From the NCBI GenBank assembly GCA_031272405.1, contig JAISTW010000020.1, forward strand, positions 7,970-71,969: 64,000 nucleotides of DNA, in the 5' to 3' direction. Both the position numbers and the translations under genes were made by a program. Source of the stretch: Desulfovibrio sp. (GTDB lineage: Bacteria; Desulfobacterota; Desulfovibrionia; Desulfovibrionales; Desulfovibrionaceae). Shown here piece after piece: positions 47,506-58,864 of this stretch. Every line of letters begins with the position of its first letter. The first letter of the stretch is position 1. The notes beneath the pieces are model-generated. The model saw only the letters and a list, made by a program, of their open reading frames with translations, was not told the origin of the DNA and searched no databases.

Positions 47506-49350
47506 ATGACAAAACAAAATAAATATCCCTCACTCTTGCGCGACCTCCGCGCCCGTTTGGGGCTTACCCAAACCCTGCTTGCCGAGCGGCTTGGAGTCTC
47601 TTTTGCCACTGTCAACCGTTGGGAAGGAGGAGCCAGGCCTCAACGCGCACATCAAGAAGCCATCATGGCGCTGGCGCGGAAATCGGGAATGCCGGTTGAT
47701 GATGCCTCAACAGGTGAATCTTCACAAGAAGCAACCCCGCCAATGCGTCGAAGGAGAGGAAACAACGCCTCGTCGGCGCCGGACACCAAATCCATGGAAC
47801 AGATGCTGTGGGATGCGGCCTGTTCCATCCGGGGCGAGAAAGATGCTCCAAAGTTCAAGGACTACCTGCTTCCGCTGCTTTTCCTCAAACGCCTGTCGGA
47901 CGTTTTTGACGACGAAATCGGCCGATTGGCCGAGGAGTACGGCGACCGTACTGTGGCCCTGGAGATTGCGGAAGGCGACCACGGCCTTTTGCGTTTTTAT
48001 CTGCCGCCGGAGTCGCGTTGGGGCGTCGTCAGCGGACGGGTAGCCCATGAGTGGCCCAGGGACGAGAAAGGCAACAGCACAGATCCCAGGGATATCGGCG
48101 AACATTTGACCAGGGCGGTACGGGCTGTGGTCAAGCACAACCCCACGCTTTCCGGCGTGATAGATGTGGTGGATTTTGCCGCCGAGCGCAACGGCGAACG
48201 CGACATCAATCCTTCCAAACTCAAGGACGTGGTGGAGACCTATACCGACAGCCGTTACCGGCTTGGGCTTGCCGATGTGCAACCGGATTTTTTGGGCCGC
48301 GCCTATGAGTACCTGTTACGCAAGTTTGCCGAAGGGTCCGGTCAGAGCGCCGGAGAATTTTTCACGCCGACGGAAGTGGGCTTTCTCATGGCCTACATCA
48401 TGCGTCCCAAACCGGGGGAAAGCTGTCACGACTATGCCTGCGGCTCCGGCGGGTTGCTCATCAAACTGCAATTGGCGGCCCGCGAGCTTGACCCCACAGC
48501 CAAAGTGCCTCTGCGTCTGACCGGCCAGGAATTACAGGCGGAAAGCTACGCCGTGGCGCGGATGAACGCCATCATTCACGATATGACGGTGGAGTTCGCG
48601 CGCGGCGACACCATGCTCAACCCCAAATTCCGCAGGGATGACGGCAGGATCAGACAGCACGACATAGTTGTGGCCAATCCCATGTGGAACCAGCCTATTG
48701 CCGACGACGTCTACAAAAACGATCCCTTTGACCGTTTCCACACCGCCGGGGGCGTTACCACGGGCAAAGCGGATTGGGGCTGGCTGCAACATACCCTGGC
48801 CTGCATGAACGACACGGGCCGGGCCGCCGTTGTTCTGGATACCGGCGCGGTCACGCGCGGCTCCGGATCCAGGAACGAAGACAGGGAGCGCAACATCCGC
48901 AAATGGTTTGTGGAGCATGACTATATTGACGGCGTCATTCTGCTGCCGGAAAACCTCTTTTACAACACCACTGCTGCGGGCGTCATTGTGGTTCTGAGCA
49001 AACGCAAGCAGCAGAGCCGCAAAGGAAAAATTACCCTCTTTAACGCAAGCAAACGGGCCAGGAAAGGCAAGCCCAAAAACTATCTGCCGAGTGAAGAACT
49101 CAAGGCCTTGGCCGCGGCTTTTGTCAAAGGCGTGCCGGTGGAAGGCGAGATTGCGGTTGTCACTAATGAACAGGCGGCCGAGGCGGATTATAATTTGAGT
49201 CCGAGCCGGTGGGTGGGGCAGGACAGCTCGGCGGAGGTGGCTTCCGTTGCTGAACTGGTCAAGAAGCTGAAGGCGCTTGATGACGAAGCTTATGAACTTA
49301 CTGGCACCATCACCAAGCTGCTCGCGGGAGTTTCTGATGAGTCTGCTTGA
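47506..49350 (+). CDS. hsdM: Type I RM methyltransferase subunit with N-terminal XRE-type HTH
   Basis: [27 protein letters not shown] (HTH); [39 protein letters not shown]. Confidence 0.93.
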   Translation: MTKQNKYPSLLRDLRARLGLTQTLLAERLGVSFATVNRWEGGARPQRAHQEAIMALARKSGMPVDDASTGESSQEATPPMRRRRGNNASSAPDTKSMEQMLWDAACSIRGEKDAPKFKDYLLPLLFLKRLSDVFDDEIGRLAEEYGDRTVALEIAEGDHGLLRFYLPPESRWGVVSGRVAHEWPRDEKGNSTDPRDIGEHLTRAVRAVVKHNPTLSGVIDVVDFAAERNGERDINPSKLKDVVETYTDSRYRLGLADVQPDFLGRAYEYLLRKFAEGSGQSAGEFFTPTEVGFLMAYIMRPKPGESCHDYACGSGGLLIKLQLAARELDPTAKVPLRLTGQELQAESYAVARMNAIIHDMTVEFARGDTMLNPKFRRDDGRIRQHDIVVANPMWNQPIADDVYKNDPFDRFHTAGGVTTGKADWGWLQHTLACMNDTGRAAVVLDTGAVTRGSGSRNEDRERNIRKWFVEHDYIDGVILLPENLFYNTTAAGVIVVLSKRKQQSRKGKITLFNASKRARKGKPKNYLPSEELKALAAAFVKGVPVEGEIAVVTNEQAAEADYNLSPSRWVGQDSSAEVASVAELVKKLKALDDEAYELTGTITKLLAGVSDESA

Positions 49351-50560
49351 CGCTGACATTGCTTGGACGCGCGTGGGAGATTGCTATGCCATCACCAAGA
49401 AACCGCATGGCTTGAACACTAAAACCGTTGCGGAAATTCCGTTCGCCGCGATGGAAGCCATCCCGCAAGGCGGAGCTTACGAACCGACTTTCACTCTAAA
49501 AGAGGCGCGTTCCATCAACAGTGGCACTTACTTCGAGCGGGGCGACATTCTGGTTTCCAAGATCACACCCTCGTTCGAGAACGGAAAGCAGGCGCTGGTT
49601 CGCGCGTTGCCGCAGGCTTTTGGTTATGCCACAACCGAAGTCATTCCGTTGCGGCCAAGCGTCGAAGGGCAAGATCCGCGCCTGTTATTTTTCTATCTGC
49701 TTCACCCTGACATCCGGCATTACGTAGCCGAACGGATGGAAGGCTCGACTGGTCGCCAGCGCGTGCCGGAGGATGTACTACTCGACTTGCCTGTCCCAGT
49801 TATTGCACCGCAAGAGCAGACAGCAATGGCTGATGCGCTGGAAACGATTCAGTCAGCGGTCGCCTCCGAGCGCACGGCAGAATCCGCTGCCCAAGAACTC
49901 AAACGCGCCGCCATGCGCGAACTGTTCACGCGCGGTCTGCGCGGCGAGGCGCAGAAGGAAACCGAAATCGGGCTGGTGCCGGAGAGTTGGGATGTGCTCG
50001 CCGTTTCAGAGTCCGTCACCCCATTTCGTTTTGAGCGGTCGAAGCAGATTCCAAAATCTGGCTATTCCGCTACTGGCCGGTGGCCTGTTGTTGACCAAGG
50101 TCAACAGATCATTGCGGGCTACACAGACGATGAGCAGAAAATCATCACTTCAAAAAAACCGCTAATCATCTTTGGTGACCACACCAGAGCCTTCAAATAT
50201 GTGGACTTTGAGTTTGCGCTTGGTGCTGACGGCACCAAACCACTGCTCGCAGCAGATGGTTTCCATCCAAAGTTCCTTTTCTTTGCATTGTCTGCACTTG
50301 ATGTTCCCTCGCGCGGCTACAACCGCCATTACAAGGTGTTGGCAGAAAAGCGTGTTCCGAAACCGTCAGTCGACGAACAGCAGGAAATCGTCGCCATCCT
50401 CGACGCCATAGACCGCAAGATCGACCTGCACCGGCAAAAGCGCGCCGTGCTCGAAGAACTGTTCAAGGCGCTGCTGCACAAGCTGATGACGGGGGAGATT
50501 CGGGTCGATCAGCTCGATCTTTCGGCGCTGACGCCCATCGAAGAAAGGACTTCGCCATGA
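49337..50560 (+). CDS. hsdS: Type I RM specificity subunit
   Basis: Two target recognition domains separated by conserved helices ([10 protein letters not shown]..., [10 protein letters not shown]...[10 protein letters not shown]); [11 protein letters not shown]. Confidence 0.9.
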   Translation: MSLLDADIAWTRVGDCYAITKKPHGLNTKTVAEIPFAAMEAIPQGGAYEPTFTLKEARSINSGTYFERGDILVSKITPSFENGKQALVRALPQAFGYATTEVIPLRPSVEGQDPRLLFFYLLHPDIRHYVAERMEGSTGRQRVPEDVLLDLPVPVIAPQEQTAMADALETIQSAVASERTAESAAQELKRAAMRELFTRGLRGEAQKETEIGLVPESWDVLAVSESVTPFRFERSKQIPKSGYSATGRWPVVDQGQQIIAGYTDDEQKIITSKKPLIIFGDHTRAFKYVDFEFALGADGTKPLLAADGFHPKFLFFALSALDVPSRGYNRHYKVLAEKRVPKPSVDEQQEIVAILDAIDRKIDLHRQKRAVLEELFKALLHKLMTGEIRVDQLDLSALTPIEERTSP

Positions 50561-51408
50561 AAAAAGAACTGATCGTAAAACTGCACAAAAGCTTTGAAGA
50601 CTGTGCGCACCGCAACGACGACGGCGTCGAATACTGGCTTGCGCGCGAGTTGCAAGACCTGATGGGCTATACGCAATGGCGCAACTTCGAGGCCGTCATT
50701 GACAAGGCCAAGATCGCTTGTGGAAAGGCTGGACAGGCGGTCGAGGATCATTTTGCTGACGTCAGCAAAATGATCGACCTCGCCAAAGGCGCACAAAGAC
50801 AGGTGGATGACTTGGCTCTCACCCGTTACGCCTGCTACCTGATCGCCCAGAACGGTGACCCGCGCAAGGACGCCATCGCCTTCGCCATGACCTATTTTGC
50901 CGTGCAAACGCGCAGGCAGGAACTGATCGAAACGCGCCTTGCCGAGTGGGAACGTTTGCAGGCGCGCGAAAAACTCACGCTGTCGCAAAAGGAACTTTCC
51001 GGCGTGCTCTACGAGCACGGCATCGACGGGCAGGGCTTCGGGCGCATTTTGAGCAAGGGCGACGCGGCGCTGTTCGGCGGCAAGACCACGCAAGACATGA
51101 AGGACAAGCTCGCCGTCCCCGCCGCCCGCCCGCTGGCGGACTTCCTGCCCACCATCACCATCAAGGCCAAGGACTTCGCCAACGAGATCACCAATACACA
51201 GGTCAAGCAACGGGATTTGCGCGGCGAGCCGGGCATCACGCAAGAGCATGTCAAAAACAACCGCGACGTGCGCAAGCTGCTGACCGACCGCGACATCGTG
51301 CCGGAAAACCTGCCCGCCGCCGAGGACGCGAAAAAACTGGAGCGCCGCTTGAAGTCGGAAGAGAAAAAACTGCCGAAGCAGGCGCCGCGGCTCGGAGGTC
51401 AAAAATAG
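50557..51408 (+). CDS. dinD: DinD-family (BRO-N-like) protein
   Basis: [49 protein letters not shown]. Confidence 0.85.
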   Translation: MKKELIVKLHKSFEDCAHRNDDGVEYWLARELQDLMGYTQWRNFEAVIDKAKIACGKAGQAVEDHFADVSKMIDLAKGAQRQVDDLALTRYACYLIAQNGDPRKDAIAFAMTYFAVQTRRQELIETRLAEWERLQAREKLTLSQKELSGVLYEHGIDGQGFGRILSKGDAALFGGKTTQDMKDKLAVPAARPLADFLPTITIKAKDFANEITNTQVKQRDLRGEPGITQEHVKNNRDVRKLLTDRDIVPENLPAAEDAKKLERRLKSEEKKLPKQAPRLGGQK

Positions 51409-51558
51409 GAATGGGACAACATCGCTGAAGGGCGTCCTGTTGTTTGAGTCTCATCCATGCACAGCAAATATCGTTGCGTCTCAAATTTTATGATTTTTGA
51501 GACACAACGGTGTTTGCTACTAACAAGTGATGCACAACCAACCTGAACCGAAAAGCTT

Positions 51559-54501
51559 ATGAGCACGCTCAAAATCAACGAAGCCGTCAGCGCCCAATTC
51601 CCCATGGTTAAACATGCCGTCGGCGTCGGCTGGGAACCGCTTGCGCCGGAGACAGCCCAAACAATGCGTGGCGGCATTGAAGGCCCATTCTTCCGGGATG
51701 CGCTTTCCGCAAAACTTCTGGCCTTCAACTCATGGTTGAGCGCGGATGACGCGCGTTCCATCATGGAAACCATGGAGGCTCTGCCGCCGACCATAGAGGG
51801 CAACCGCGAGACGCTTTCCTGGTTGCGGGGTGAGCGCTCCTGGTACGACGAGGGGGAAAAACGTCAGCGCCGCGTTGTGCTGATAGACTTTGACCAGCCC
51901 GCCAACAACGTCTTCCACGTCACTTGGGAATGGAAAATCAAGCCGCTGGCCCGCAAAAAAGGCAACCGTGCCGATGTCATATTTGTGCTGAACGGCATTC
52001 CGGTGTGCATTGTGGAACACAAGAATCCCAGGTCCGGTGACGCCATAGACCGCGCCGTGGCGCAGCTTCGTCGTTACGAGTCGGAAACGCCGGAACTTCT
52101 GACCGCGCCCCAGCTCTTCAATGTCACGCACCTTATTGAATACTGGTATGGCGTCACCTGGAACGCGAACCGCCGCTTTATGGCGCGCTGGAAAGAAGCC
52201 GGAGAGGAAAGTTACCGCTTCGCCGTACAGGCCTTCTTTGAACCCTCGGACTTTTTGCGCACCTTGCAACAATGGATTCTCTTTTATGTGGAAGACGGCG
52301 AAACCAGAAAATCCGTTTTACGCCAGCACCAACGCCGGGCTGTGGATTCCATCCTGTCCCGTTGCCTTGATGCAAAGAAAAATCGCGGCCTTATCTGGCA
52401 TACACAAGGTTCCGGCAAGACATTCACTCTATTGACCGCCGCGCAACAGATTTTGTCCGACCCCACGCGTTTCCTCGGGGCTACTGTTATCCTGGTAGTA
52501 GACAGAACGGAACTGGAAGGCCAACTCAAAGGCTGGGTTGAAAAACTGCTCGGCGAGATGCAACAACAGGCTATTGCCGTGCGCCGCGCCAATACCAGGT
52601 CCGAATTGCAAAATCTGCTGGATGCGGATTTCCGCGGACTCATCATTTCGATGATTCACAAGTTTGAGGCTGTACGCAAAAACAGTTGCGAGCGCGACAA
52701 TGTCTATGTGTTCATTGACGAGGCCCACCGTTCCGTTGCCAGGGAACTCGGCACCTATCTTATGGCAGGGGTGCCCAACGCCACCATTATCGGTTTTACC
52801 GGCACTCCCATTGCCAAAACATTTCAGGGAGAAGGCACGTTCAAAATTTTCGGCGCTCAGGATGAGCATGGCTATCTTGACAAGTATTCCATCGCGGAAT
52901 CCATCGACGATGAAACGACGTTGCCCATCAAGCACATGATGGCCCCATCCGGCATGACCATACCGACCGAGCGACTGGACCGGGAGTTTTTTGCCCTGGC
53001 GGAGTCGGAAGGCGTCACGGACATCAACGAACTGAACAAGGTGCTGGAGCGGGCCGTGGGTCTGCGTACCTTCCTCACCGCGGATGATCGCGTCGCCAAA
53101 GTGGCGGCTTTTGTGGCGCAACATTTCCGGGAGAACGTGAACCCGCTTGGCTACAAGGCTTTTCTGGTGGCCGTGAACCGCGAAGCCTGCGCCAAGTATA
53201 AAAAAATCCTGGACAGACTGTTGCCGCCGGAATGGACGGAGGTGGTCTATACGGAAAACGCCGCTGACGCTCTTGACCGTCCCTTGGTGGCGGAGCTGCA
53301 GCCCTCCAGAGAACGGGAAGCGGATGTGCGGCTGCTGTTCAAAAAACCCGCGGAAGAGCCGAAAATTCTCATCGTCACGGACAAGCTCATAACCGGCTAT
53401 GACGCTCCGGTGCTTTACTGCATGTACCTTGACAAGCCCATGCGCGACCATGTGCTGTTGCAGGCCATTGCCCGCGTCAACAGACCCTATGACGACGGGG
53501 ATCAAAGAAAACGCATCGGCCTTGTGGTGGACTTTGTCGGCGTATTGCGTGAACTGAAAAAAGCGCTGCACTTTGATTCTCGGGACATCACCGGCGTCAT
53601 CGAAGACCTGGACGGCCTGCTGCATGACTTTCAGGACAAGATGAAAAAAATCGTGGCGGACTGCCTGGAAGACGATCAGGGCGGAGACTCTGATGAACGC
53701 CTTGAGCGTATCGTTTACAAGCGTCTTCTGCCTGTGGAAGCCCGCAAAACTTTCTATGAGGCCTATAAGGATATTGAAGCCCTGTGGGAAATCCTGTCGC
53801 CTTCGCCGGAACTGCGCGACTACATTGACGACTACAAAAAGTTGAGCGCCTTGTACGCGACAGTTCGGAACGCCTATGCGGAACGTGTCGGCTTTGTGGC
53901 GGATTTGGCCCACAAAACCAAACGCCTGATTCAGGAAAACGCGGAGCAGCAAGGCCTTGGACGCTTGACCAAGAGCGTGACCTTTGACGTGAAAACACTG
54001 GAGGCCTTGCGCAAGGAAAAAGGTTCCGATGAAGGCAAGGTCTTCAACCTCGTGCGCGGCTTGCAAAAAGAAATTGATGATGATGCTCAGACCGCCGCCG
54101 TGCTTATGTCCCTGAAGGAAAAAGCCGAACGCATCCTCAAAAATTTGGAAGACCGCAAAACAACCGGCCTTGCCGCCATGGATCAGCTTGCCGCTCTGGC
54201 CGCTGAAAAAGAAGCGGCGCAAAAAGCGGCAACCGCCAATGGTCTTTCCCCACGAGCCTTTGCCGTTTCATGGGAATTCCGGGAAGATAAAGCCCTTGCC
54301 GGATCCGGGCTTGCCGGCCTTGAACTTGCCAAAGCGGTGGATGAGTTGCTGAAGAGTTTTCCCCATCTTGATGTGAACCCGGACGAAAAACGTACTTTCC
54401 GCAGCCGCCTGTATACCCCGCTTATCAGGCTGCCCGCCGAAGAGCGGGCGCGCGTTGTGGATGTCGTTATGAGGATAGTGGCGGCGGAGGCTGACGAATA
54501 A
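51559..54501 (+). CDS. hsdR: Type I RM restriction subunit
   Basis: D-x-NGIP-x-EHK nuclease motif, [38 protein letters not shown]. Confidence 0.93.
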   Translation: MSTLKINEAVSAQFPMVKHAVGVGWEPLAPETAQTMRGGIEGPFFRDALSAKLLAFNSWLSADDARSIMETMEALPPTIEGNRETLSWLRGERSWYDEGEKRQRRVVLIDFDQPANNVFHVTWEWKIKPLARKKGNRADVIFVLNGIPVCIVEHKNPRSGDAIDRAVAQLRRYESETPELLTAPQLFNVTHLIEYWYGVTWNANRRFMARWKEAGEESYRFAVQAFFEPSDFLRTLQQWILFYVEDGETRKSVLRQHQRRAVDSILSRCLDAKKNRGLIWHTQGSGKTFTLLTAAQQILSDPTRFLGATVILVVDRTELEGQLKGWVEKLLGEMQQQAIAVRRANTRSELQNLLDADFRGLIISMIHKFEAVRKNSCERDNVYVFIDEAHRSVARELGTYLMAGVPNATIIGFTGTPIAKTFQGEGTFKIFGAQDEHGYLDKYSIAESIDDETTLPIKHMMAPSGMTIPTERLDREFFALAESEGVTDINELNKVLERAVGLRTFLTADDRVAKVAAFVAQHFRENVNPLGYKAFLVAVNREACAKYKKILDRLLPPEWTEVVYTENAADALDRPLVAELQPSREREADVRLLFKKPAEEPKILIVTDKLITGYDAPVLYCMYLDKPMRDHVLLQAIARVNRPYDDGDQRKRIGLVVDFVGVLRELKKALHFDSRDITGVIEDLDGLLHDFQDKMKKIVADCLEDDQGGDSDERLERIVYKRLLPVEARKTFYEAYKDIEALWEILSPSPELRDYIDDYKKLSALYATVRNAYAERVGFVADLAHKTKRLIQENAEQQGLGRLTKSVTFDVKTLEALRKEKGSDEGKVFNLVRGLQKEIDDDAQTAAVLMSLKEKAERILKNLEDRKTTGLAAMDQLAALAAEKEAAQKAATANGLSPRAFAVSWEFREDKALAGSGLAGLELAKAVDELLKSFPHLDVNPDEKRTFRSRLYTPLIRLPAEERARVVDVVMRIVAAEADE

Positions 54502-54833
54502 TGCTGCTCCGATCGAAGCTTGAGCCGCAGGCTGGACGTAAAACCTGCACTCTGTATCCAGTGCGGGAATTAAAACGCAAGGTGGACATGTGGGCCGTCA
54601 AACTGCGGGTAAACCCCACCTTGGTGCGTGTGCAGGAAATGCGGCGCAAATGGGGATCATGCTCATCAGCGGGCACGATAACCCTGGCGCGTGACCTTTG
54701 TGATAAAGACTCCCTCTTCCAGAACTATGTCATTGTGCATGAGCTGTTGCACCTGCGTTATCCGACACATGGCAGGATGTTCAAGGCGCTTATGACCATG
54801 TATGTTCCTGGATGGAAAGAATTGGTATTATAG
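54501..54833 (+). CDS. M48/YgjP-like (DUF45) metal-dependent hydrolase, short
   Basis: [17 protein letters not shown]; family commonly found after hsdR. Confidence 0.8.
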   Translation: MLLRSKLEPQAGRKTCTLYPVRELKRKVDMWAVKLRVNPTLVRVQEMRRKWGSCSSAGTITLARDLCDKDSLFQNYVIVHELLHLRYPTHGRMFKALMTMYVPGWKELVL

Positions 54834-54969
54834 AAAAGTGTAATGCCTACTCAAAATCAAGCCACCAGTTGAAGTTGTTGCGCCCTGAATTGCGCCAGGC
54901 TTTTGTAGCCAAGCGCGCGATTATTTCCCTGTCCACGCCGATAACCGTCATCTCCTCGGAAAACAGCCC

Positions 54970-55084
54970 CACATCCCCCTGGGTGGACGCGGCCGCCAGC
55001 GCCGGCGAGGGCACGGTGACCACGGATGAGGCCGAAATCGCCGTGCGCTGGGAATCCCGCAAGCCGGCCGTGGAGTCCTCGTAA
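54970..55084 (+). pseudogene. C-terminal remnant of a contractile phage tail tube protein
   Basis: DAAASAGEGTVTTDEAEIAVRWES resembles the C-terminus of Mu-like tail tubes; its stop overlaps the chaperone ATG. 5' boundary approximate. Confidence 0.5.
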
Positions 55085-55475
55085 TGTTCGCGCCGATCAC
55101 CATAGCCCTGCAGTCGCCCTTGACGCACGGGGCCGAGGAAATCCGCGAGCTGGTCATCCTCCGGGAGATGTGCGCCGGAGACCTGCGCGGCGTGTCCGTG
55201 GGCAGTCTGACCCACGACGACATTCTGGAAGTGACTTCGCGCCTTGTGGGCGTGCCCACGCCCGTGCTGCGCCAGCTCAAAATGCCTGACTACATGGCTC
55301 TGGCGGATGTGGTCGGGGGTTTTTTCGACAGTGGCCGGTAGACTGGCGGGAAGGGCTGGCCGTGCTGGCCTGGGTGTTCCACTGGCCGCCCTCGGAACTG
55401 TACGCCCTCACGGCCGGGGATATGGTGTTTTGGGCCGATGAGATCAGACGGCTGGAAAAGGCTCTGAAGAAATAG
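55084..55475 (+). CDS. Phage tail assembly chaperone (55084-55341) with -1 frameshift extension (GpE'-like, to 55475)
   Basis: Slippery G GGT TTT TTC at 55317-55326; the -1 frame reads WPVDWREGLAVLAWVFHWPPSELYALTAGDMVFWADEIRR. Confidence 0.8.
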
Positions 55476-55480
55476 CCCGC

Positions 55481-55690
55481 TCAGTTGAAATCGCCCTGGC
55501 GATAGCGGTAAATTGCCCCGATGATGATGAGGATGATGGCGACAAGCGGGTTGATGTTCAGGACGCCGATCAGGACGAAAGCCGCGCACGCAACCTCAAT
55601 GACCGGCCAGAAAACAGCCGCGGTAAAGACGACGCAGGCCGCGCACAGAAAGAAAAACAGCAGGGCTATAAACAGCAGCAATTCGCTCAT
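55481..55690 (-). CDS. Small hydrophobic membrane protein (phage moron-like)
   Basis: 69 aa, almost entirely hydrophobic, antisense between the chaperone and tape-measure genes. Confidence 0.55.
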   Translation of the reverse strand: MSELLLFIALLFFFLCAACVVFTAAVFWPVIEVACAAFVLIGVLNINPLVAIILIIIGAIYRYRQGDFN

Positions 55691-55724
55691 GGGTAAAATA
55701 TAATGCCGACACGACGGAAATGCA

Positions 55725-55835
55725 ATGGCTGACAGCAAGGGAAAACAGAGCAAATTCGACCTGATCATTGCCGCGCAGGACAGATTTTCCGCGATCTTCG
55801 GAAAATTCGGCAAGGACGCGGGAAAGTCCAGCCTG
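55725..55835 (+). pseudogene. N-terminal remnant of a phage tape measure protein
   Basis: MADSKGKQSKFDLIIAAQDRFSAIF in the expected position after the chaperone; the rest of the track ORF is antisense to the RTX gene. Confidence 0.55.
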
Positions 55836-55838
55836 TTA

Positions 55839-56507
55839 TCAGCCCTGCGCCTGGATGATGGCCTGCGTAGCCGCATCCAGCGAATTTTCGTCCACGCTGG
55901 CCACAAGACCGGCGTTGGCGTTCCCTCCGCCCTCAAAGTGGGCGTGACCGTTGCCGTCGCTGCCCTTGTACTGCCAACGGCTGTTGTCGTCGGCCATGTT
56001 GATGTCCACTTTGTCGCCGTTCAGGATGATGCCGATGTCGGCAAGTTCGGTAAGGTTGTGTATATGTTCCACGACGCCGTTGCCGCCGATGGCGATTTCC
56101 GTGCCCTTCGCCGTGGAAAGCAGGTTGTCCAGCGTTGTGGGGTCGGCGGTCGCCATATCCACCAGCAACGTGTCGATGCCGGAGCCGCCGCCGATCACGC
56201 CGCCCGCGTGGTAGGCCATGATGTCGTGGCCCGCGCCGCCGTAGAAACGGTTTTGCCCGCCGCCCAGGAAGTCGTTGCCGTCGCCGCCGAAGAGCCTGCC
56301 GTCGCCCAGACCGCCGAAGAGCATGTCGTTGCCCTCATCCCCGTAAAGGGCATCGTTGTCTTCCATTCCCGACAGCGCGTCGTCTCCGGATGCCCCCGCC
56401 TGCGTATGAGAAGTGTCGGCCGGGCCAAGAACGACCTTTGAGTCCGGATTCGGCGCAAGGACGGCGTGTTGATCACTCTGGACAGATGTAAGCCTGATCT
56501 CCTCCAT
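55839..56507 (-). CDS. Short RTX (Ca-binding GGxGxD repeat) protein, probable type I secretion substrate or adhesin fragment
   Basis: GDDALSG, NDALYGDEGNDMLFGGLGDGRLFGGDGNDFL, YGGAGHD, GGSGIDTL; GGGAG RBS. Confidence 0.75.
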   Translation of the reverse strand: MEEIRLTSVQSDQHAVLAPNPDSKVVLGPADTSHTQAGASGDDALSGMEDNDALYGDEGNDMLFGGLGDGRLFGGDGNDFLGGGQNRFYGGAGHDIMAYHAGGVIGGGSGIDTLLVDMATADPTTLDNLLSTAKGTEIAIGGNGVVEHIHNLTELADIGIILNGDKVDINMADDNSRWQYKGSDGNGHAHFEGGGNANAGLVASVDENSLDAATQAIIQAQG

Positions 56508-56929
56508 TGTTTCTTCTCCCTTCGATACTCGTTAAACGCAAGACCGACGCGACTGCGACCGACAAACACAAAATGCCCCGTGGAAGGGCCGACGGAAACA
56601 ACGCCAACAAGAGCAACGCGTCCCGACCAGGCATCCCCCGGCAGGCAAAATGCGGTCTCTCCGGTCAATCCCCGTAAACAGAATTTCAACGCCGCCGCGG
56701 GCCCATAAGCATGAAACGCGACTATGGCCGACCCGTCTGCGGCCGGGAATCAGGCAGCTTGCCCCCGGAGACCGCGCTTCGGCCGGTTGGTTCGGCTCTG
56801 TCGGGTACTCCGGCTGGGGGTAGCGGACTGCTGTTGAGAGAAAAAATAGGACTCCCCCAAACCAGATGTCAAGGGGAAATGCTTGCGAAAAAGAAAATTT
56901 TTTTCATGCGCGGACGGCGCTTTTTTTCG

Positions 56930-57862
56930 TCAACACGTGGGGCAACAAAGGCTCGCGCGCAGTTCGTCCAGGCTGGCGACGCCATATTCGGCGCAGGCCT
57001 CCGGCAGCCGCTCGACCAGCCTGAAGGCGCAATCCGGCCGCATGAAATTGCCTGTGCCCACCTGCACGGCGCTGGCCCCGGCCAGAATGAATTCCAGCGC
57101 GTCCACGGCAGTGACGATGCCGCCCACTCCCACCACAGGTATGCGCACGGCCCGCGCGACCTGCCAGACGCAACGCAGGGCCACGGGCTTGATGGCCGGG
57201 CCGGAAAGGCCGCCCACAACATTGGCCAGCGCGGGACGGCGCGCGCGCAGGTCAAGGGCCATGCCCAACAGAGTGTTGATACAGGAGATGCTGTCGGCCC
57301 CGGCCTCTTCCACGCTTTTTGCGATAAGGGCGATGTCGGCGACATTGGGCGAAAGCTTGACCATGATATGCTTGGAAGGGGCGGCCTTGCGCACGGCCGA
57401 GGTGACGGCCGCCGCCAGACGCGCGTCCTGCCCGAAAAGCGCTCCGCCCTGTTCCACGTTGGGGCAGGAAACATTGACCTCCAGCGCGGCCAGTCCTTCC
57501 TCCCCGTCCAGACGACCGGCCAGGCGAGCGAACTCCTCCACGCTGCAGGCATACATATTGGCGATGACGGCGGTCTCCCGCCAGGGCAGCAGGGGCAGCT
57601 TGCGGGTGCAAAAGTCCTCTGCCCCGTCGTTTTGCAGCCCTATGGAGTTGAGCATTCCGGACGCTGTTTCCAGCACGCGCGGGCAAGGGTTGCCGTCCCT
57701 GGGCGTCAGGGATATTCCCTTGACCACAAAGCCCCCCAGGCTTTTCAGCTCCCCATAGGGCGCGTACTCCAGACCGTAGCCAAAGGTGCCGGAAGCTGTA
57801 AGCACGGGATTCTTCAAGGCGAGATCGTGCGTTTGACCGCGCAGAACAACGGCAAGATTCAT
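56930..57862 (-). CDS. pyrD: Dihydroorotate dehydrogenase (family 1B) catalytic subunit
   Basis: ASGTFG, GMLNSIGLQN, EVNVSCPN, VKLSPN, GGLSG. Confidence 0.95.
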   Translation of the reverse strand: MNLAVVLRGQTHDLALKNPVLTASGTFGYGLEYAPYGELKSLGGFVVKGISLTPRDGNPCPRVLETASGMLNSIGLQNDGAEDFCTRKLPLLPWRETAVIANMYACSVEEFARLAGRLDGEEGLAALEVNVSCPNVEQGGALFGQDARLAAAVTSAVRKAAPSKHIMVKLSPNVADIALIAKSVEEAGADSISCINTLLGMALDLRARRPALANVVGGLSGPAIKPVALRCVWQVARAVRIPVVGVGGIVTAVDALEFILAGASAVQVGTGNFMRPDCAFRLVERLPEACAEYGVASLDELRASLCCPTC

Positions 57863-57872
57863 GAAACGCGCC

Positions 57873-58691
57873 TCACAATTCCACCTGATCCACCCAAAAA
57901 ACAGGGCCCCGACGGCATACCTGCACCGGCCTGCCGCGTTTTCCCGGCTCCGGCCACGCCTGGCCCGCTGGGGTCACGCAACCCAGACAGGCGCCCACGC
58001 CGCAGGCCATGACGCTTTCCAGGGAGAGCTGGACGCGGGCTTGCAACTTCAGTCCCAGCTCGCGCACAGCTTGCAGAAAAGGCAGGGGCCCGCAGGCCAG
58101 GGCAAGGCCTCCAAACCGCGCGTTCTCACTCATCCGTTCTTCCAGGGCCTGCAGGAAAAGCCGCAGATCGCCGGGTTCGCGCTCCCAAAAACAGTCCAGC
58201 GGGACAAATTCGTTGATGTTGTTGACAGGGTAAGATTCCAAAGGCTCGCGGTGGCCGAAAAGCATGGAGACGTTCCAGGGTTTGGGATGGGTGTTGACGT
58301 AGCCCACAAAGGGGGCAATGCCCATGCCTCCGGCCAAAAGCAGGACAGGCGCGTCTTCCTCCTTCGCAAAACCGTTGCCCAGCGGCCCCCACAGGCCGAC
58401 CATATCACCGGGACGCAGATGGGCCATGCGGCGCGTGCCGCGCCCGCGAACCTGAAAAAAACAGGTCAGGCAGCAATCCGTGACATGGCAGATGCACAGG
58501 GGACGTCCCCAGGGCAGCTCCAGACCAAAGGAATCCGGACGGAGCATGACGAACTGGCCCGGCCGCCAGCTCTCCCAGGCGGTTCCGGGGGGACGCGGCA
58601 AACGCAGGGCAAAAAACCGGGCCTGGCCGTTGTGGGGATTGAAGGGCGTCAGCCCCAGGACAGGGAGGCGACAGTACGACGAATCAACCAT
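57873..58691 (-). CDS. pyrK: Dihydroorotate dehydrogenase electron transfer subunit
   Basis: PGQFVML, GPLGNGF, AGGMGIAP, CGP, MACGVGACLGC, VCRRGPVF. Confidence 0.93.
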   Translation of the reverse strand: MVDSSYCRLPVLGLTPFNPHNGQARFFALRLPRPPGTAWESWRPGQFVMLRPDSFGLELPWGRPLCICHVTDCCLTCFFQVRGRGTRRMAHLRPGDMVGLWGPLGNGFAKEEDAPVLLLAGGMGIAPFVGYVNTHPKPWNVSMLFGHREPLESYPVNNINEFVPLDCFWEREPGDLRLFLQALEERMSENARFGGLALACGPLPFLQAVRELGLKLQARVQLSLESVMACGVGACLGCVTPAGQAWPEPGKRGRPVQVCRRGPVFWVDQVEL

Positions 58692-58864
58692 GACCTCAGT
58701 ATGGCACGTATCCAGACAAAGGTCAAAACGTCGAAGCCGGACCGGCGCGTTTTTTACGCGCCTTGTTTACAACGGCGGCGGGTGGTGCTATTTTTGGGAA
58801 AACAAGGGGTATGTCCGGCACGTCGGCTGGCGCGCCCCAAAAATTTTCAGTCACGGAGCGGCAA

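Larger units (their letters stand above)
45922..56507. mobile_element. Decayed composite genomic island downstream of tRNA-Lys
   Basis: Primase fragment, toxin-antitoxin module, type I RM, phage tail remnants. No integrase or second att copy seen, so the right boundary is approximate. Confidence 0.7.

Noticed and set aside
56660-56680. GGTCAATCCCCG as a possible second att copy of tRNA-Lys
   Set aside because: The match is too short and imperfect to define an island boundary.
56510-56870. Possible riboswitch upstream of the RTX gene
   Set aside because: GC-rich hairpins are possible but no recognisable c-di-GMP or other riboswitch consensus.
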